A stretch of DNA of 64,000 nt. It comes from Eledone cirrhosa (Eukaryota). The notes beneath the pieces were generated by a model. It worked only from the letters and a program-made list of their open reading frames with translations. It was not told the DNA's origin and ran no database searches. Below, piece by piece: positions 33,052 through 49,417 of this stretch (position 1 is the first letter of the stretch; each line of letters opens with the position of its first letter). The DNA lies in the NCBI GenBank assembly GCA_964016885.1, contig OZ024746.1, positions 5,146,001 to 5,210,000 on the forward strand, given 5' to 3'. Made by a program: the position numbers and the translations under genes.

Positions 33052-33504
33052 CATGCATAAAAAATAGATGTGAGTCCTATGAATTAGTTTTAATAATTTA
33101 CGGTTTCATCCCTATTGGTATAGCTTCATAAGTCTTCGCTTGTCATTTATAAATTGACTTTCCTTTGTAACCAGTCATATATAGAGAGGTTGATTATATT
33201 ACATTTGGCACTAACTTCATTATATAACCTAGGAAATATTTGTCATTACCAAATAAGAAATATATAGCTAATTGCCTAAAGCTGGATAAGAATTTCTAAA
33301 TAGGATGGTGCGTCAAATTTCCCACAAACTTAGTTGTATTTATGTGTTTGTATGTGTGTGTGTATGCGTGTGTGTGTGTGTGTATGTATATGTGTGTGTG
33401 TGAGTGGGTGTGAGTGTGTGTGTATGAGTGTATGAGCGCATGTGAATGTGTGAATAATAATATATACATGTGATTGTGTGTTTTCGTGATTTATACAGAG
33501 GGCA

Positions 33505-33551
<47 letters not shown>

Positions 33552-33553
<2 letters not shown>

Positions 33554-33732
33554 AACAAAGGAATTGTGGTAAGGAGCCAGGTGGACCATAATGCACCAGA
33601 GTACTCAATACTTAGGGTAGTAGAGTGGGAAATAGGAAAAAGTATGACCCCGACGGCAGAGCTGAAGCCGTTTAGACGGCTATTTCTGGACGTCGAAACG
33701 GCTTGAGCTCTGCCGTTGGGGTCATACCTTTT

Positions 33733-33736
<4 letters not shown>
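33552..33736 (-). mobile_element. Family A PLE terminus, fold-back plus tail
   Basis: Reverse-orientation copy in (TA)n. Confidence 0.8.
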
Positions 33737-33788
<52 letters not shown>

Positions 33789-34384
33789 CAACTTTACGGG
33801 CGAGGTTGATAAAATATAGTACCAGTTATGTACTGAGGTCGATTTAATCGATTAAACTCTCCCATAATGCTTACAAAGTTATTATAATGACGTCAACAAG
33901 GTCATAATGACAGTCACGATGACGTTACTAGACTTGATATTACTGATGATGGTGTTTTAGTATATAAGAAGTTAATGGTGGTGCTGTTGATAGCAGTAGT
34001 GGTGTCTTTACCAATTCTACTAGAATATATAGCGATTCATATCAGTAATTTTCAAGTGAAGGATATAGAAGTAGTGAGAGAGTTATTTCAATTATTGTCC
34101 ACGTTGAAGTCGTTTGACATCAACATCAAAGTACTTTAGTAAAGATCATTGGTAATATCAAAAGTTAAAAATCCAATGACCTTTTAACCTTGCCTTTCTT
34201 TTTGGTTGTTTACAGTCGAATTCGCTAATCAAGAATTAAGAGCGATTTCTCTGAAATCAGGAATCCTAATTAACCCACGTTTCTTCCCGTTCATGAAAAG
34301 TGAATTTATGAAATAATCCTTGATTTAAAAGTTAATTTGAATATTGAATAGTGTTTGTAGTACGATTAAATTCTTTGGTGTCAT

Positions 34385-34570
34385 ATAATTGTAATTATGT
34401 GTGTGAATATGTGTGTGATGGTGTGTACTGTACGGTGTAATTATGTGTGTGATGGTGTGTGTGATGGTGTGTACTGTACGGTGTAATTATGTATGTGAAT
34501 ATGTGTGTGTGATGGTGTGTACTGTACGGTGTAATTATGTGTGTGATGGTGTGTACTGTACATGATATAC
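34385..34570. repeat. Minisatellite, ~34-46 bp unit GTGTGTGATGGTGTGTACTGTACGGTGTAATTAT
   Basis: About 4 tandem copies. Confidence 0.85.
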
Positions 34571-34760
34571 AGTATATATAAAATTAAATGTAATCTAAGT
34601 CTGTTGTGTAAATCTGATTAAACGTGTTTAGCTATGATGACTACAAATATTTTAGACGTTTCTATCCGGTAAAGATTAATTGTGACAGTGTGTAGGTATA
34701 TTGGGTTAAAACTAATTGATTTCAAGGCACAACCTAAACATAAATATATATATATGAACG

Positions 34761-35165
34761 TATGACATAAACAACGGAGAATCAGTGGTGCGACGAATAA
34801 GATTTATTAGACATATTACAATCGTTTCTCTGGCGACCAGCTCGAGGCATGATCGATGCGATTATCGAACCTGACTCTGAAATCGCAAGATACGTCTCGA
34901 TCTTTCGAAGCAGAGTTTGGAAACTCTGCTTCGAAGAATCGAGACGTATCTGAGGATCTTGCGATTTCAGGGTCAGGTTCGATCATTGCATCGATCATGC
35001 CTCGAGCTGGTCGCCAGAGAAACGATTGTAATATGTTTAATAAATCTTATTCGTCGCACCACTGATTCTCCGTTTCTTATGTGATATTATACTCTGCTCT
35101 GTAAGAGCATGGAGTGCTCAAAGGGCCTACCGCTTACGGACGCTTTAAGCATCCCACACTAATTA
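34761..35165 (+). mobile_element. Family H fold-back: arms 34761-34918 and 34921-35085 (2-nt spacer), tail to ~35165
   Basis: Near-perfect palindrome with an 8-nt indel; shares GATCATGYCTCGAGCT..GAAACRATTGTAA and GCAYCACTGATT with 8467-8720. Confidence 0.7.
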
Positions 35166-35191
35166 TATATGAAAGTATATATATATATATA

Positions 35192-35390
35192 TAATTATTG
35201 GAACATCTGACTGATAAAATGACAAGTCAGTCAATCATATTGGTGGCCTCCCACAGACCCGGCGGACAGAATGGAGAAGGCGTTTCCCCGGAGGACGGCA
35301 AGGGAGACGCGCTGGAAAAGCCATTCCAGCTCACGAGGCTCACACCTGCGGCTGGCCAGCTCAGCGCCTGTGGTGGTGAGTAGGGAGGTC
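35192..35390 (-). mobile_element. CRE-clade retrotransposon extreme 3' end
   Basis: TSLLTTTGAELASRRCEPRELEWLFQRVSLAVLRGNAFSIL homologous to 19020-19160; short UTR runs into (TA)n. Confidence 0.85.
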
Positions 35391-36145
35391 TTGCTGTTGT
35401 TAGCTTTAGCCACAAGGAAGTTTCATGGAACTGTTATCAAATATTGACCAATTTACTTTTTTGTACTCTCGGCTTTCAAATAATCTCCCTCCCCCCGTTT
35501 ATTAATTTTTCAGATCTTCTCCACCCCTTCGCTCTTATTCCAGCCCCGCTTATTAAATTTTGCTAATCTATCTCAGACAACATTCTATTTCAAGTGGTAG
35601 CATTCATGTAACAATTAGTTTTCTTTATACATTAAATCCCTTTCTTAATCGACTTAATTCATGTTCTCAGCCATACGGAGAGAGGTGTTTGTGCCGCTGC
35701 ATAGCGGCCGAGTCCACTTGATGAAGTCTAACGACATATAGAGCTATTGTAATGTGGTGTACATATGTAACATGTCTCGGACACTTTAGCCGGACAACTC
35801 GTTATTGTGGTTTTCATATTTGTGATTGAGTTGTAACTTTATTTTACTTTATTTCTATTGAATAATTATATTTATCGATGCTTAATAGTGACATGTTTAT
35901 TTATAAAGTACAAGCAATTTTTAGCTGTCAACTAGAAATATTAAGTAGAATTGAGCTGTGAATCAAATGATATTCACACTAGAAGGTGACTGGGGGTTAG
36001 GGTTTCGTATTTGAACCTAGTTTCTACTGCTTTATTGTAGTAGAGTAGAGATGTCAAATCTTTATAACAAACATTATTCTGTTTAAAGTATTTATATTTT
36101 CAAAACAATGTCTAGGCGTCGTATTTCTATATTAAATAAAGTTAA

Positions 36146-36226
<81 letters not shown>

Positions 36227-36425
36227 ATAAATTATGTCCATAGAAACATTTGATAAAATATATACACTATTTCCTCTCCCAATATATATATATACATATA
36301 TATATATATATTAATAAAAGGAATTCCAACTTTGTCTGATTTACTCGTTTTATTTACAATCATTTAAAATTATAATGATATTATAATGAAATATTATGGT
36401 AGAATATTAAATGTTAAATGTTAAT

Positions 36426-36464
36426 TGAACAAGTACTTTCATGCTTTCGCAATCTTCAGGTTCG
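36426..36464 (-). ncRNA. Minimal hammerhead ribozyme (family I, element 36311-36480)
   Basis: Reverse complement of 14457-14495. Confidence 0.8.
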
Positions 36465-36920
36465 TATTCAGTGGTGATAGTAAAAAGGGGCTACAGAATG
36501 CTAAGTTTTGCAAACTGTATTTCGACCAATCGGTGTGTGGTTTCACTAGATTACTAAAGCTGATTGGTTTAGACATCACGTTGAGCATGTCTAACGACTT
36601 CTATTTGACCCTATCCAAAGCATCAATTGTTTTGCTATTTTTAGAAATGATGATAATGGCGTTTTCTAGGGTTTTTATAAAAAATCTTCAGTAATCATCA
36701 ACATCAACTGGCCTTGTGCCAATAGTAGAAACAATTATTATTAGTTGTTATTGTTGTTAGTGGTGGTAGTCCACATGGTCGTAGGCATAATCATAGTAGA
36801 AGTAATACCCCTAAGCATTATTATTGTTCATTTAGCTTGGGTTGGAATTTATCAATAAAATTATTTTCCTTTTTTTTAAAACTTTTCTCTTGATTTCACT
36901 TGGGCTGTGTAGTTTATAGA

Positions 36921-38130
<1,210 letters not shown>

Positions 38131-38217
38131 TTATTGCGGGTTGAATCGGAGGTAACCACAGTAAGTAAGGTACTCAATACATAGCAGAGTATAACAGTTT
38201 TAATAAAACTTATATAT

Positions 38218-38248
<31 letters not shown>

Positions 38249-38274
38249 CACACCACATATGAACACACACACAC

Positions 38275-38371
<97 letters not shown>

Positions 38372-38658
38372 TATATATACACACATATATATGTATATAT
38401 ATAATATATATTTGTATGCCTGCATGTTTTACGGAAACACGTTTGCAACGAAAGAAAGCTGGTTTGATTTATATGCAAGTCAATAAATTACTGGTAATGT
38501 CAGTTGAAGGAAATCATTAAGATAAAAGGAGAAGCCGTAAAGGTCAGCTCGACCAGAAACAACTGTAATTAGTAGATTTATAACTAAGAGGCGTAAATGA
38601 AATGACGAAGGGGTGTGTTAAGCTGAATTTTAACTCTATTGTTTTGTGGCGTAACATT

Positions 38659-38848
38659 GTGGATTGGCAGTGTCGGTAGAGGGTCGGACGCCATGCTTTG
38701 ACGCATAGAGTTACGGCCCTTGCCATTCTGAGTTCAAATCCCGCCGAGGTTAACCTTGCCTTTCATCCTTACGGGGTCGATAAAATAAAGTACTAGTAAT
38801 ACACTGGGTTAATTGCTGGCCTTGTGCCAAACGTAGAAACAATTAATT
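38659..38848 (+). mobile_element. Near full-length tRNA-derived SINE (central domain resembles the Meta/MESC type)
   Basis: A box TGGCAGTGTCGG, B box GAGTTCAAATCC, GCCTTTCATCCTTACGGGGTCGATAAAATAAAGTAC core, ATT tail; superfamily assignment is from memory. Confidence 0.85.
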
Positions 38849-39124
38849 ATGTTAGAGTGGAGGTAAACTACAACAAACCATTACTGACACGTGATCGTAG
38901 TATATGACAAGGTGGTTTGGGAAAGGATTAAATAATAGTGTTGCATTGATAGTGATAAAGTAAGGCTGTAGAGTAAGGGAGAGAGAGAGAGAGATAGAGA
39001 GAGAGTGAGAGAGAGAGGCGGGGGAAGAGAGTGAGGGGGTGGGTGAAAGAGAGAGAAGTTAAGAGAAAAATAAAGTGACATTAATCAATCAATCAAACAA
39101 TCTCTCTCTCTTTCTCTCTCCCCC

Positions 39125-39171
<47 letters not shown>

Positions 39172-39175
<4 letters not shown>

Positions 39176-39378
39176 AACGAGTAGGTCTCCGACGGCTGAG
39201 CTCAAGCCGTTTCGACGGCTAATTCTGGACTAAATTTAGTCCAGAATTAGCCGTCGAAACGGCTTGAGCTCAGCCGTCGGGGTCCTACTCGTTCCTATTA
39301 CCCACTCTACTACCCTAAGTATTGAGTACTTTGGTGCGTTATGGTCCACCTGTTTCCTTACCACATTTCCTTCGTTAT
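39172..39378 (+). mobile_element. Family A PLE terminus, perfect fold-back plus tail
   Basis: Junction CTGGACTAAA|TTTAGTCCAG; in (TA)n. Confidence 0.85.
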
Positions 39379-39463
39379 ATATATATATATCCTCCTTATC
39401 TTTCTTTTCTTCTTTCTTTCTGTCTTTTCCAAACTCCTTTTATTCTTCGTGTTTGTGTGTTTA

Positions 39464-39505
<42 letters not shown>

Positions 39506-39645
39506 GAGGAGAGAGAAAAAGGGAGATGAAAAAGAGACAAAGAGAAAGCAAGAATGAAAGAGTGAGTTAGAGAGCGAAAAAGATAAAGAGAAGTGGTCGT
39601 TATCTATTTAAACATACACAAGAGAGAATGGTAAGAGACAAAATG

Positions 39646-39682
<37 letters not shown>

Positions 39683-39798
39683 TACATATATATAATTATA
39701 TTATATATATATATGTGTGTGTGTGTGTCTGTGTCTGTGTGCATATATATATAATATATATATATATATCATACATATATATATACATACACACATAC

Positions 39799-39834
<36 letters not shown>

Positions 39835-39838
39835 CCAT

Positions 39839-39894
<56 letters not shown>

Positions 39895-40503
39895 GGAGGG
39901 AGAGAGAGAAATAGAAATAGAGAAAAGAATAAGAAAGTGAAAATGAGGAAGAAAAAGAGCAGAGATTATTCAACGCAAGTAGTGAAAGAATCTTATGAAA
40001 GAAATGTAGTGAGTTTCAAATGAAAACCTAACTTTGTCCGGATTTCAATGCCTTTAATTATGTAACAACAAAGAATTCTTCGTCGAGAATTTGGATTGCT
40101 GCCATTTTCAGTATTTCAAAAGCAGTGTTGGAAGATGTTGAAATGATTTAGTTAATAGAAATAAGAAAATAGAAATCAAATCATTCATTTATTTAAATCT
40201 AATTCTTCATTTGTATGTTTTATCATCCTAAATATTTTGACTTGTATTTATTTATCTCACCTATAACTACATTTAGCTAACTTTCTCTTGGCAATACAAC
40301 GCTACCAATGAAAATATTCAACAAAAGTTTGCCATTTATCGTTTATTCACTGAAAATAAAGAGTTGTCGCTGATTTGTTTCGCAAAGACATTTCTAGGAG
40401 GTTGAGTTGACAGAGGTATACAACTTAAAGCCAGCGTTGTGCAGTTTCGTATATGACCAAGCCAAATCAACTCTCAAATTGATATCTCCATCTGGTAAAT
40501 AAT

Positions 40504-40689
40504 TGTTTCTACTTTAGGCACAAGGCCAGCAATTACCCAGTGCATTACTGGTAGTTTATTTTATCGACCCCGTAAGGATGAAAGGCAAAGTCAACCTCGG
40601 CGGGATTTGAACTCTGATCGTAAAGGGACGTAACTATGCTGGAAAGCATGGCGTCCGACCCTCTACCGATACTGCCAATTCACCGCCCT
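40504..40689 (-). mobile_element. Full-length tRNA-derived SINE with TSD CTGRTAAATAAT
   Basis: Family match; similar flanks at ~40492-40503 and ~40690-40702. Confidence 0.85.
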
Positions 40690-40846
40690 TCTGATAAATA
40701 ATGATTACTATATGTAGACATAGTTGATTTTATTTCATTCGGGAAGGTTTTGCTGATAGAGCAGGTCTATAATTAAATGTATTCGATCCGTGAGTGCCTT
40801 ATACTTTTACCTGTATGCAGAATTGCCTTATCAAAAAATATGTTCA

Positions 40847-41099
40847 TTCGTGAGTTTATATCGAATAATAATAATATTCTATTTCTTTGCAAGCAAACAG
40901 CCTCATTACTCTGTTTTTTAGACGACCATCGCATTCTTTTGTTCTAGCAGTGACAGAGAGAAACAATCGACAATATTGTTCCTGGGTTATTGCCCTTTGT
41001 CAAGATTGTGTATCTCTCTTCTCTGTCACACCCTAGAATCCTGTTGGCTTGCAAACGAATCGAATATTATTAATATTATTCGATATAAAACCTACGAAA
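40847..41099. mobile_element. Fold-back MITE related to 8876-9300
   Basis: Inverted ends TTTATATCGAATAAT..TTGCAAGC and GCTTGCAA..ATTATTCGATATAAA plus inner inverted segments. Confidence 0.6.
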
Positions 41100-42444
41100 G
41101 CATTTACGTATCCGCTATGTTAGAGCGAAACTAATTTTGTTTTTAAAAATATGTTGTTTCTATATTTAAGACGGTAAGGTGTGATTTGATGGGATGGATA
41201 CTTGGATGCTTTTTCTAGCATGTTCAGTGATCCAGGAAATTTACCCTCACTGGTTCATAGTCACTTCCTATGGTGACCTTACGATCTAATGGATTATGTG
41301 ACAACTTATTTCGATATTCCAAGTCTTTTCTATTTTGTTGAAAGATGGAGTGTGTCCTTCAGATTTATGGGAAATTTCTGCAACAAGATTTTGGTTCACT
41401 ATACAAGCAACAACAAGAGTACTATCACCTTCGCTGATAGCATTCTTGGAAAAGACATGAATGCATCAACATACGATTTCCTCTCTCCCATAATTTGTGC
41501 TGTATAAGTGCCTGTCTTAAATGATCATCAAAGTTTTCTGCTTTTCAACCTAGGTCGCATTAACATTTCATCTTTGGTCAACAGAATAAGTATCAATAAA
41601 ATTCTTTGAGTAATCTTAGCGATATAATTAGGAGAATCAGAAGGATATATATCCTTTGCTTCTAGTTAAAATAAATCAATATAGTAATTTATTCTCCTAA
41701 ATATCTATGAATGTTGAGCATTAATCTTATGATTAGCAGTCTTATCAAGAAGTGATCTTATGTAGTTGATTGCTGTGTCAATGTTATGTTAACCATTTTG
41801 ATATTTGTACTTTACCGTTAAGTATTTCACTCAGTGGTTTAAGAATTCTTTATTGACAAAAAGACGCTTTAAAAACTGTTGTCTCACAAATACATGACTA
41901 TCAAAGACATTTTCCCCCTTCAATTTCACCTGATGTTCTGTTATAACAAAGCCTATTTGAAGCTGATTAGCATTAACAATATCTTCTCATATCATTTAGC
42001 ATTGCTATTGCTCTGCTCTGGTATTTTTTGTTATTCTAGATTGCACTCTAGAAATGTTTACTTTCCTTAGGATTAGAAATTATTTTACAATTGCTAGTGT
42101 TCCCATTCAGTTCTTGATAAAATCGTTTTTATTTCTTGTCATCATGCTATTCTTCATGTATTGATTAATTTTCTGATGGAATCTAGTTATTTTGCTATTT
42201 TTGGTTATAAGTCACTGTCTCAATTATTCCAGCATTGTTGCAAGTTCTTTACGTTTCTAGTTTTATATTTTATTCTCAGTCTTTTTGTTTTACATGTTAT
42301 CATATTTCTCTGTCCAGATTACTTATGTGTTCGTTTGAAGTCTGTTAAATCTTCTGCTTCTCATAATAGTTCGTCATGATTTCAGTCAATTCTTTTATTT
42401 CTTTAACTCTACTTCCTGAGTATTCTAAGCATGGATGTCTTTTG

Positions 42445-42568
42445 CTATAGTATTGCTATAATATTGCTATACTATTGCTATACTATTGCTATAATATTGC
42501 TATACTATTGCTATAATATTGCTATACTATTGCTATAATATTGCTATAATATTGCTATAATATTGCTG
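42445..42568. repeat. 11-bp tandem repeat GCTATAATATT/GCTATACTATT
   Basis: About 11 copies. Confidence 0.95.
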
Positions 42569-42974
42569 CTAAGGGAAATAACTCTAAGTGAGTCCTGGAT
42601 AGTAGTATTGGTAGCGGCGGCTACCATGACTACCAACTTTATTTTTCCAAACTCAAGGAGAGGCAATAGATAGGAGTTCCAGCTAGATCCTGTCAACAAA
42701 ATCTCCTCCATACGGTTTATTTACACAAGTCTCCGATATCTGAATGGCTAAATGTCAGCAGAAGGGCACCCAGGAGTTATGACCTGGATAAGGCCCGACT
42801 ACCTTAGAGCGTAAGACATTACACAAAACCGGAAGCGGAAAGTCGATTATATCTGGTACTTTATTTTATCGATCCTGGAAGGATGAGAGTTAACGTTTAC
42901 CTCGGTGGGATTTCAACCGAGAATGTAGAAATTCGTAAACAAATACCGCAAAACATTTTGCTCGATGCTCTACC

Positions 42975-43238
42975 AACACCCGACATGAGACCCAGGGGTA
43001 GACCCCGAGCAAGATGGTTGGATAACCTCCATGGGGATCCAGTCGGATCTGTTGGAGACACTTACTTCTGATAGGATCCGCTGGAAGGAGTGTTTGAGGA
43101 GGCTTCTTCCACGACCCTCCCAGGAATAAGTGGACGAAGAAGAAGAAGAAGAAGAAGAAGAAGAAGAAGAAGAAGAAGAAGAAGAAGAAGAAGAAGAAGA
43201 AGAAGAAGAAGAAGAAGAAAAAGGAAAAGAAGAAGAAG
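42975..43238 (+). mobile_element. RTE-clade LINE 3' fragment with (GAA)n tail, nested in an old SINE (42840-43270)
   Basis: RPRGRPRARWLD C-terminal motif; TSD GCTCTACCAA at 42965-42974 and 43239-43248. Confidence 0.8.
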
Positions 43239-44728
43239 CTCTACCAATCTATTAGTCCACCACCGTTTCTGACTAAATAATAACAGTTTTTTATCCACAC
43301 AACAAAAATCTGTTTTATCTGATAGTTTTGTAGTTTAATAGTTACCAGTCTACGTCGTTTCCCCAATTGTATTTAGACTGAACATTCGGAAGAAATATCA
43401 TTAAAATACCATTCGTAATTTCTTCTCATTTGCCCCATAATCTTTAGAAGTTGTATATCTTTATATATTTTAAAGTAGCTTTTTAACTGTTATCAGAGGA
43501 GGTTCGGTACTAGCTCTTCTTAAAAGCTGTATACTATAATTAGCAAAAGATTTTTATGTTGACCTTTTGAACTTTGGTAGTATACTTCCGTTAGTGTTCT
43601 GCTATTAACATACTGACAAATGGTTGTGTTTTAAAATTCTTCAAACTTTTCCATAAAAATGTCTTTCTCCCGTTTCTTCTTTATCCAACTTATTTGTAAT
43701 ATTTGCTTGTATCTGTGAAAATGGAAAACAAACACTTTTGTTACTTCTTAAACATTTTATTTTAATTGACTTTTATTTTCTGAAATGTATTTATGTAAGC
43801 TGTCTGACTATTGTGTAAGCTGTCTGACTATTTGTGTAAGCTGTCTGTGTTGTCAATGCAAGGAAGTGATGGGTTATTCCCCTCTTACTACCGATTACCA
43901 GGTCTATAAAGTTACACACTATTTGCGAAGAGTTTCTTCTTATTCTACCTTCTTTATTAGGGTTCTAAACACAGCGTTTCACAAGACAACAATTGACATA
44001 AATAATAAAATTATTTGAGCAATAATACAACGACGAATTGATGGAATGGGCAATATTATGGGAGTCATATGGAACTTTTGTCACATTATGAAACCTCGTT
44101 TCTTAGAGTCTCAATTAAAATCCCCACGATGAATACACCTAAGAGAGAAATGGTCCTTTCTAAGTTAGAAATTTGTAAGCACATTTCATAATGACGAAGT
44201 CTTAGATATTGTTGGAACGATGCAGCAGTTGGGTGACTCACATCTACCGTACACATTCCAGTGATTCTTGAGTTCTTCAAACAGATATTTTAGTCTTCTG
44301 CATTTATTTATCTATTATCAGACATATTTTATTTGCATGTTGTTTTGTAGACATATTCCAGAATATGTAACGCTAGTATTTTCAGAAACTATTTATGTTG
44401 TATAGATCTTCTGTCTATATTGCTACTGATTTGGCTGCCTTTCAGACGCACAAGTTTGCCAGAATATGTTTTCTCTGTTTATTCATTCATAATTTGGCAG
44501 TGTTGTGACAATGTGGTCAATTGTTATTTTTGTAATACTCAACACAAACGATTTATCTTTCAATTCTTTGTTCCCCAATATGTTTTGATAGTCTCAAAAC
44601 ACAGGATCCGTGTCGGAGATTTTGTTATCAATTCTATAGCCGGTGTATATGTAATTTCTTTTATAAAATCTATCGTAATAAATATACGCTTGACCCTTTC
44701 TAACCAGGTAGTCATATACAAAAAGTAA

Positions 44729-44912
44729 TAATTGTTTCTACTTTTGGCACAAGACCAGCAATTACCCCAGTGCATTACTGGTACTTTATTTTATCGACAC
44801 TGTACGGATGAAAGGCAAGGTTAACCTCGGCGGGATTTGAACTCAGAATGGCAAGGGCCGTAACTATATGCGTCAAAGCATGTCGTCCAACCCTCTACCG
44901 ATACTGCCAACC
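44729..44912 (-). mobile_element. tRNA-derived SINE
   Basis: Family match to 38659-38848. Confidence 0.85.
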
Positions 44913-46100
44913 CAATATTTATATGTAGCAGCTGTTTATCCAAAGTCTCAGCATCATGCTACCAGTCTATTTATGCTGGCTGTAAGGCTACCTGTCCACG
45001 CTGGCCAATTACGAGTTGGACAGGGTGCTCTTGTATTTGGGAGGTTTTCTCTGACCTGCGGTGCTTAGACCGAATTTGAACTTCGAGTAGAAAGGGATGG
45101 GATTAACATCAGAATATATCCCATCCAATTCTCTAACAATTCCACCTATACATCGCTCAGAGCTGGTAATTAGTTCAAAACGTAATTAATCCTCATAAAA
45201 GTACGCTTCTTAAAAATTCAAGCATAGTAAGATATATAATTTAAGCCGGCAAATCATTTCCCCTGCTGTTTGAATATGATAACTATTTACAGCTAGAAAG
45301 AATAGTTTAACACTAATTAAGAATATTCCTTATAAGCCACGATATACTTTTGGTTTACCAGTTTGATATAAGCAATCTGTTTCATAGAGTTAGCTAGTGT
45401 ATATGTGTTGTTTAGTGCAGGTTTCTATTTTAGTTTTACTTTAATATATATTATTTCGTGTTGTTTAGTTTTTACCACAAAGTTGTTTTTAGGTTTAAAT
45501 CCCTGTTTAGTTTACCTGAGAGTTTTTTCAATAGTTTTTCGAGGGTGGCTACTTTATCCGTGTTGTTTAATGCAGGTTTCTTGTTTAGTTTTAATTTGAA
45601 TATTTATTAGTTAAAGCTATAACCTTAATTGGTTCCGTGTTAAGTTAATAATTAAGTCGGAAGTTTGTTTAAAGAGTTGGTCGGGATGTTGTTTGGTGTC
45701 AATTTGTTGGGATGTAACTGTTCGTTAAGGAGCTTGTTGATTTCCGGAACCTTTTGGAATAGGTTAATCGATAATTAGAAGGTTTCGATTTAGTCGATTC
45801 TGGTTGTTATCGTTAAACGAGTAAAATATTTCAGGTTAGTAGAATACTTTGGTATTAATAGATATCGAGTTGACAAAATATAGTTTGTATAAGGTTCTTA
45901 TTCCTTGATGGTGTATGATCTGTGTGTATTTTGGTGTAACCTCGGTTGTTGCTATGTTGGGAAAGTTTGGGTATAATTCTGTAGGACCTGATCAGTTTTA
46001 ATTCATGTCTAACGTGGTATGTATCAGGTGGGTCAGTTTCAGATTAGGTACATGGATAATATTTGTTTGGGTTCGTGGATAGCTTTGATTTGGAGTCTTA

Positions 46101-46465
<365 letters not shown>

Positions 46466-46570
46466 CATATCTATATAATGTATGTAAAAGGTAAACAGAA
46501 ATAACAACATAATCGGTACAGTATATGGAAGGGATATATTAGGTTAACGCTTGATATAGCAGGAAGAGGG

Positions 46571-46606
46571 TCTTAACGTTTCGGACGCTAGTCCTTCATC
46601 AGAAGA
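46571..46606 (-). ncRNA. Minimal hammerhead ribozyme (family G; element from 46483, relatives at 17645, 53965, 56823)
   Basis: TCTT-CTGATGA-A-GGAC TAGC GTCC-GAAACGTT-AAGA; palindromic AACGTT. Confidence 0.85.
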
Positions 46607-46835
46607 ATGAATTAGAAATAAAATAGATTGAGGGGACGGGCGGGTTGGAATTGGAAAAAATGTCTTTAGATAAAAATAACAGGTCCATTCATGTTGACAT
46701 TTCTTGCAAAACTGTTGGTGCTGGCGTTTTATGTATGATTTCTTTTTTTAGAAAAGTGGATGATGGAACGCGTCTACCTGAAATGGAAAAAAAAAACGTT
46801 TTGTAAAAAGAGCTATACTTGAGCACGTGCGTAAG

Positions 46836-46882
<47 letters not shown>

Positions 46883-47011
46883 ATACGTTCGTACGAAATA
46901 TATATAATTTTTCGGTTTGTTCTGCATAGAATCCTTAACAAGGTTGATCTACACATCGAGACAAAATATGTTATCCAGACACATGTCTTAGGATTTTACT
47001 TACTTACTTAC

Positions 47012-47089
<78 letters not shown>

Positions 47090-47774
47090 ATAATAATAAT
47101 AATAATAATAATAACGTGTGTGTGTGTGAAAAATAAGGCATAATGAAAGACCAAAACTGGGTTCTTGAAAACAAAGACAATGAGATATTGCATCATAGAA
47201 GGTCAAATTGTAAACATTTAAAAGAAGACATCTGAAAATGAGCTTTGATTGTCGTGTATATAAAGATATTCTATATATATATAAAAATATAAGATTTATG
47301 TCAAATGAACGTTATTAAACATGCAATGTGAATCGAAGAAACCCAATGATTTTTCTAGCAATATTTTTTTTTCTTTTCTAGATATTTTTTCACTTGAAAT
47401 ATTGTGACAAATGGAATAATGTTCGGATCAATAGAAATAAGAAATTCGATAGAAAATTATTACTGTTACAAAAGAGACGAAAAACGTATAGTTATAAAAA
47501 CAAACCATAAACAGAAATAAGATGCATTAAGTTATCTTTTTTTGACAAAGCTTACGCATCAAAAAGAATCTGTAGATAAAGCAATAAACATACCGTTTCT
47601 TTCAGGAATTACTGTAAATCGGTTAGAGTTGCCACTAATAGCTACATGTTTTCTGATTTTATGAGCTTTGTTTACTGACAATGAAATAAAAATTATATGT
47701 ATATCAATGTTGAAGTAAATACATGTAGTCTGTTAAACAGTACAGTTCGTGAGTATATAGATATGTATGCATAT

Positions 47775-47852
<78 letters not shown>

Positions 47853-47913
47853 ACTATACATATATATATATACATACATATATATATATACATACATATA
47901 TATACATATATAT

Positions 47914-47956
<43 letters not shown>

Positions 47957-47975
47957 TACATATATATATACATAC

Positions 47976-48037
<62 letters not shown>

Positions 48038-48156
48038 TGACAGATATATATGTACATTTTGTATATGTATCTCTATATATATGTTTATATATAATATATC
48101 TATATATAAGGGTTCAGTATAGCGCTTTTGTTCCATACACACACAGACTCTCTTTA

Positions 48157-48308
<152 letters not shown>

Positions 48309-48548
48309 TATGTGAGTGAGTGTATGAATTTAACACAAAATATACATAAATGTAAGAAGGAGAATTTGAACTGTTTTTCGCTGTAAAATCGTTGCTTGTT
48401 ATAAATGACGCCATTTTATTCTTTCCCCGGTCATATTGTTGTAGTCTGAAAATATAGAGTTGTGTAAATTGACATAGAGACACAGTGACTCCTGAACACG
48501 CATACCTACACACCTCTATATCTCTATAGCCTCTCTAACTCTCCCCTC

Positions 48549-48644
<96 letters not shown>

Positions 48645-48685
48645 CATAGATGTATGTTTGTATGTATGTATATATTTATATAAAT

Positions 48686-48798
<113 letters not shown>

Positions 48799-48808
48799 GT
48801 GTGTGTGA

Positions 48809-48886
<78 letters not shown>

Positions 48887-49230
48887 TATATATACATATA
48901 TATATATACATATGCATATATGCATATACACAAATACGTACACAAGTTTACACACATATATATATCAAAGACAAAGAACATAACCTTATCACTCTCTAAT
49001 TAGTATTGCAACAACATTTCAATAGACTGAAAAGAAAAGTATTACAAGTACAATCAATACGTATGTACAAGCACACATACGTATACACAATGAAACCCTC
49101 ACACACACAGAAATACATTTAGTTGCGCATATATACAAATATTTAGATGTATATAAGTTTACATGTTTTAATATATATTTATAATGCAAATTATAGTTCT
49201 CTCTCACTCTATGTATACTCAAGTGCATCC

Positions 49231-49274
<44 letters not shown>

Positions 49275-49290
49275 TCAAATTTATTATTAT

Positions 49291-49335
<45 letters not shown>

Positions 49336-49337
49336 TA

Positions 49338-49417
<80 letters not shown>

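Noticed and set aside
35430-35830. Possible DNA-transposon terminal sequence
   Set aside because: No matching opposite TIR or TSD found in the window
41280-42440. Possible old retroelement ORF on the minus strand
   Set aside because: Only weak motif hints amid many stops; needs an HMM search
43345-43713. Minus-strand exon with TTTTCACAG acceptor and GTAACT donor
   Set aside because: Stops in all three frames; cannot support a coding exon without RNA-seq
45400-46095. Strand-skewed segment, possibly decayed PLE RT (KIH-like motif)
   Set aside because: A single short motif is insufficient
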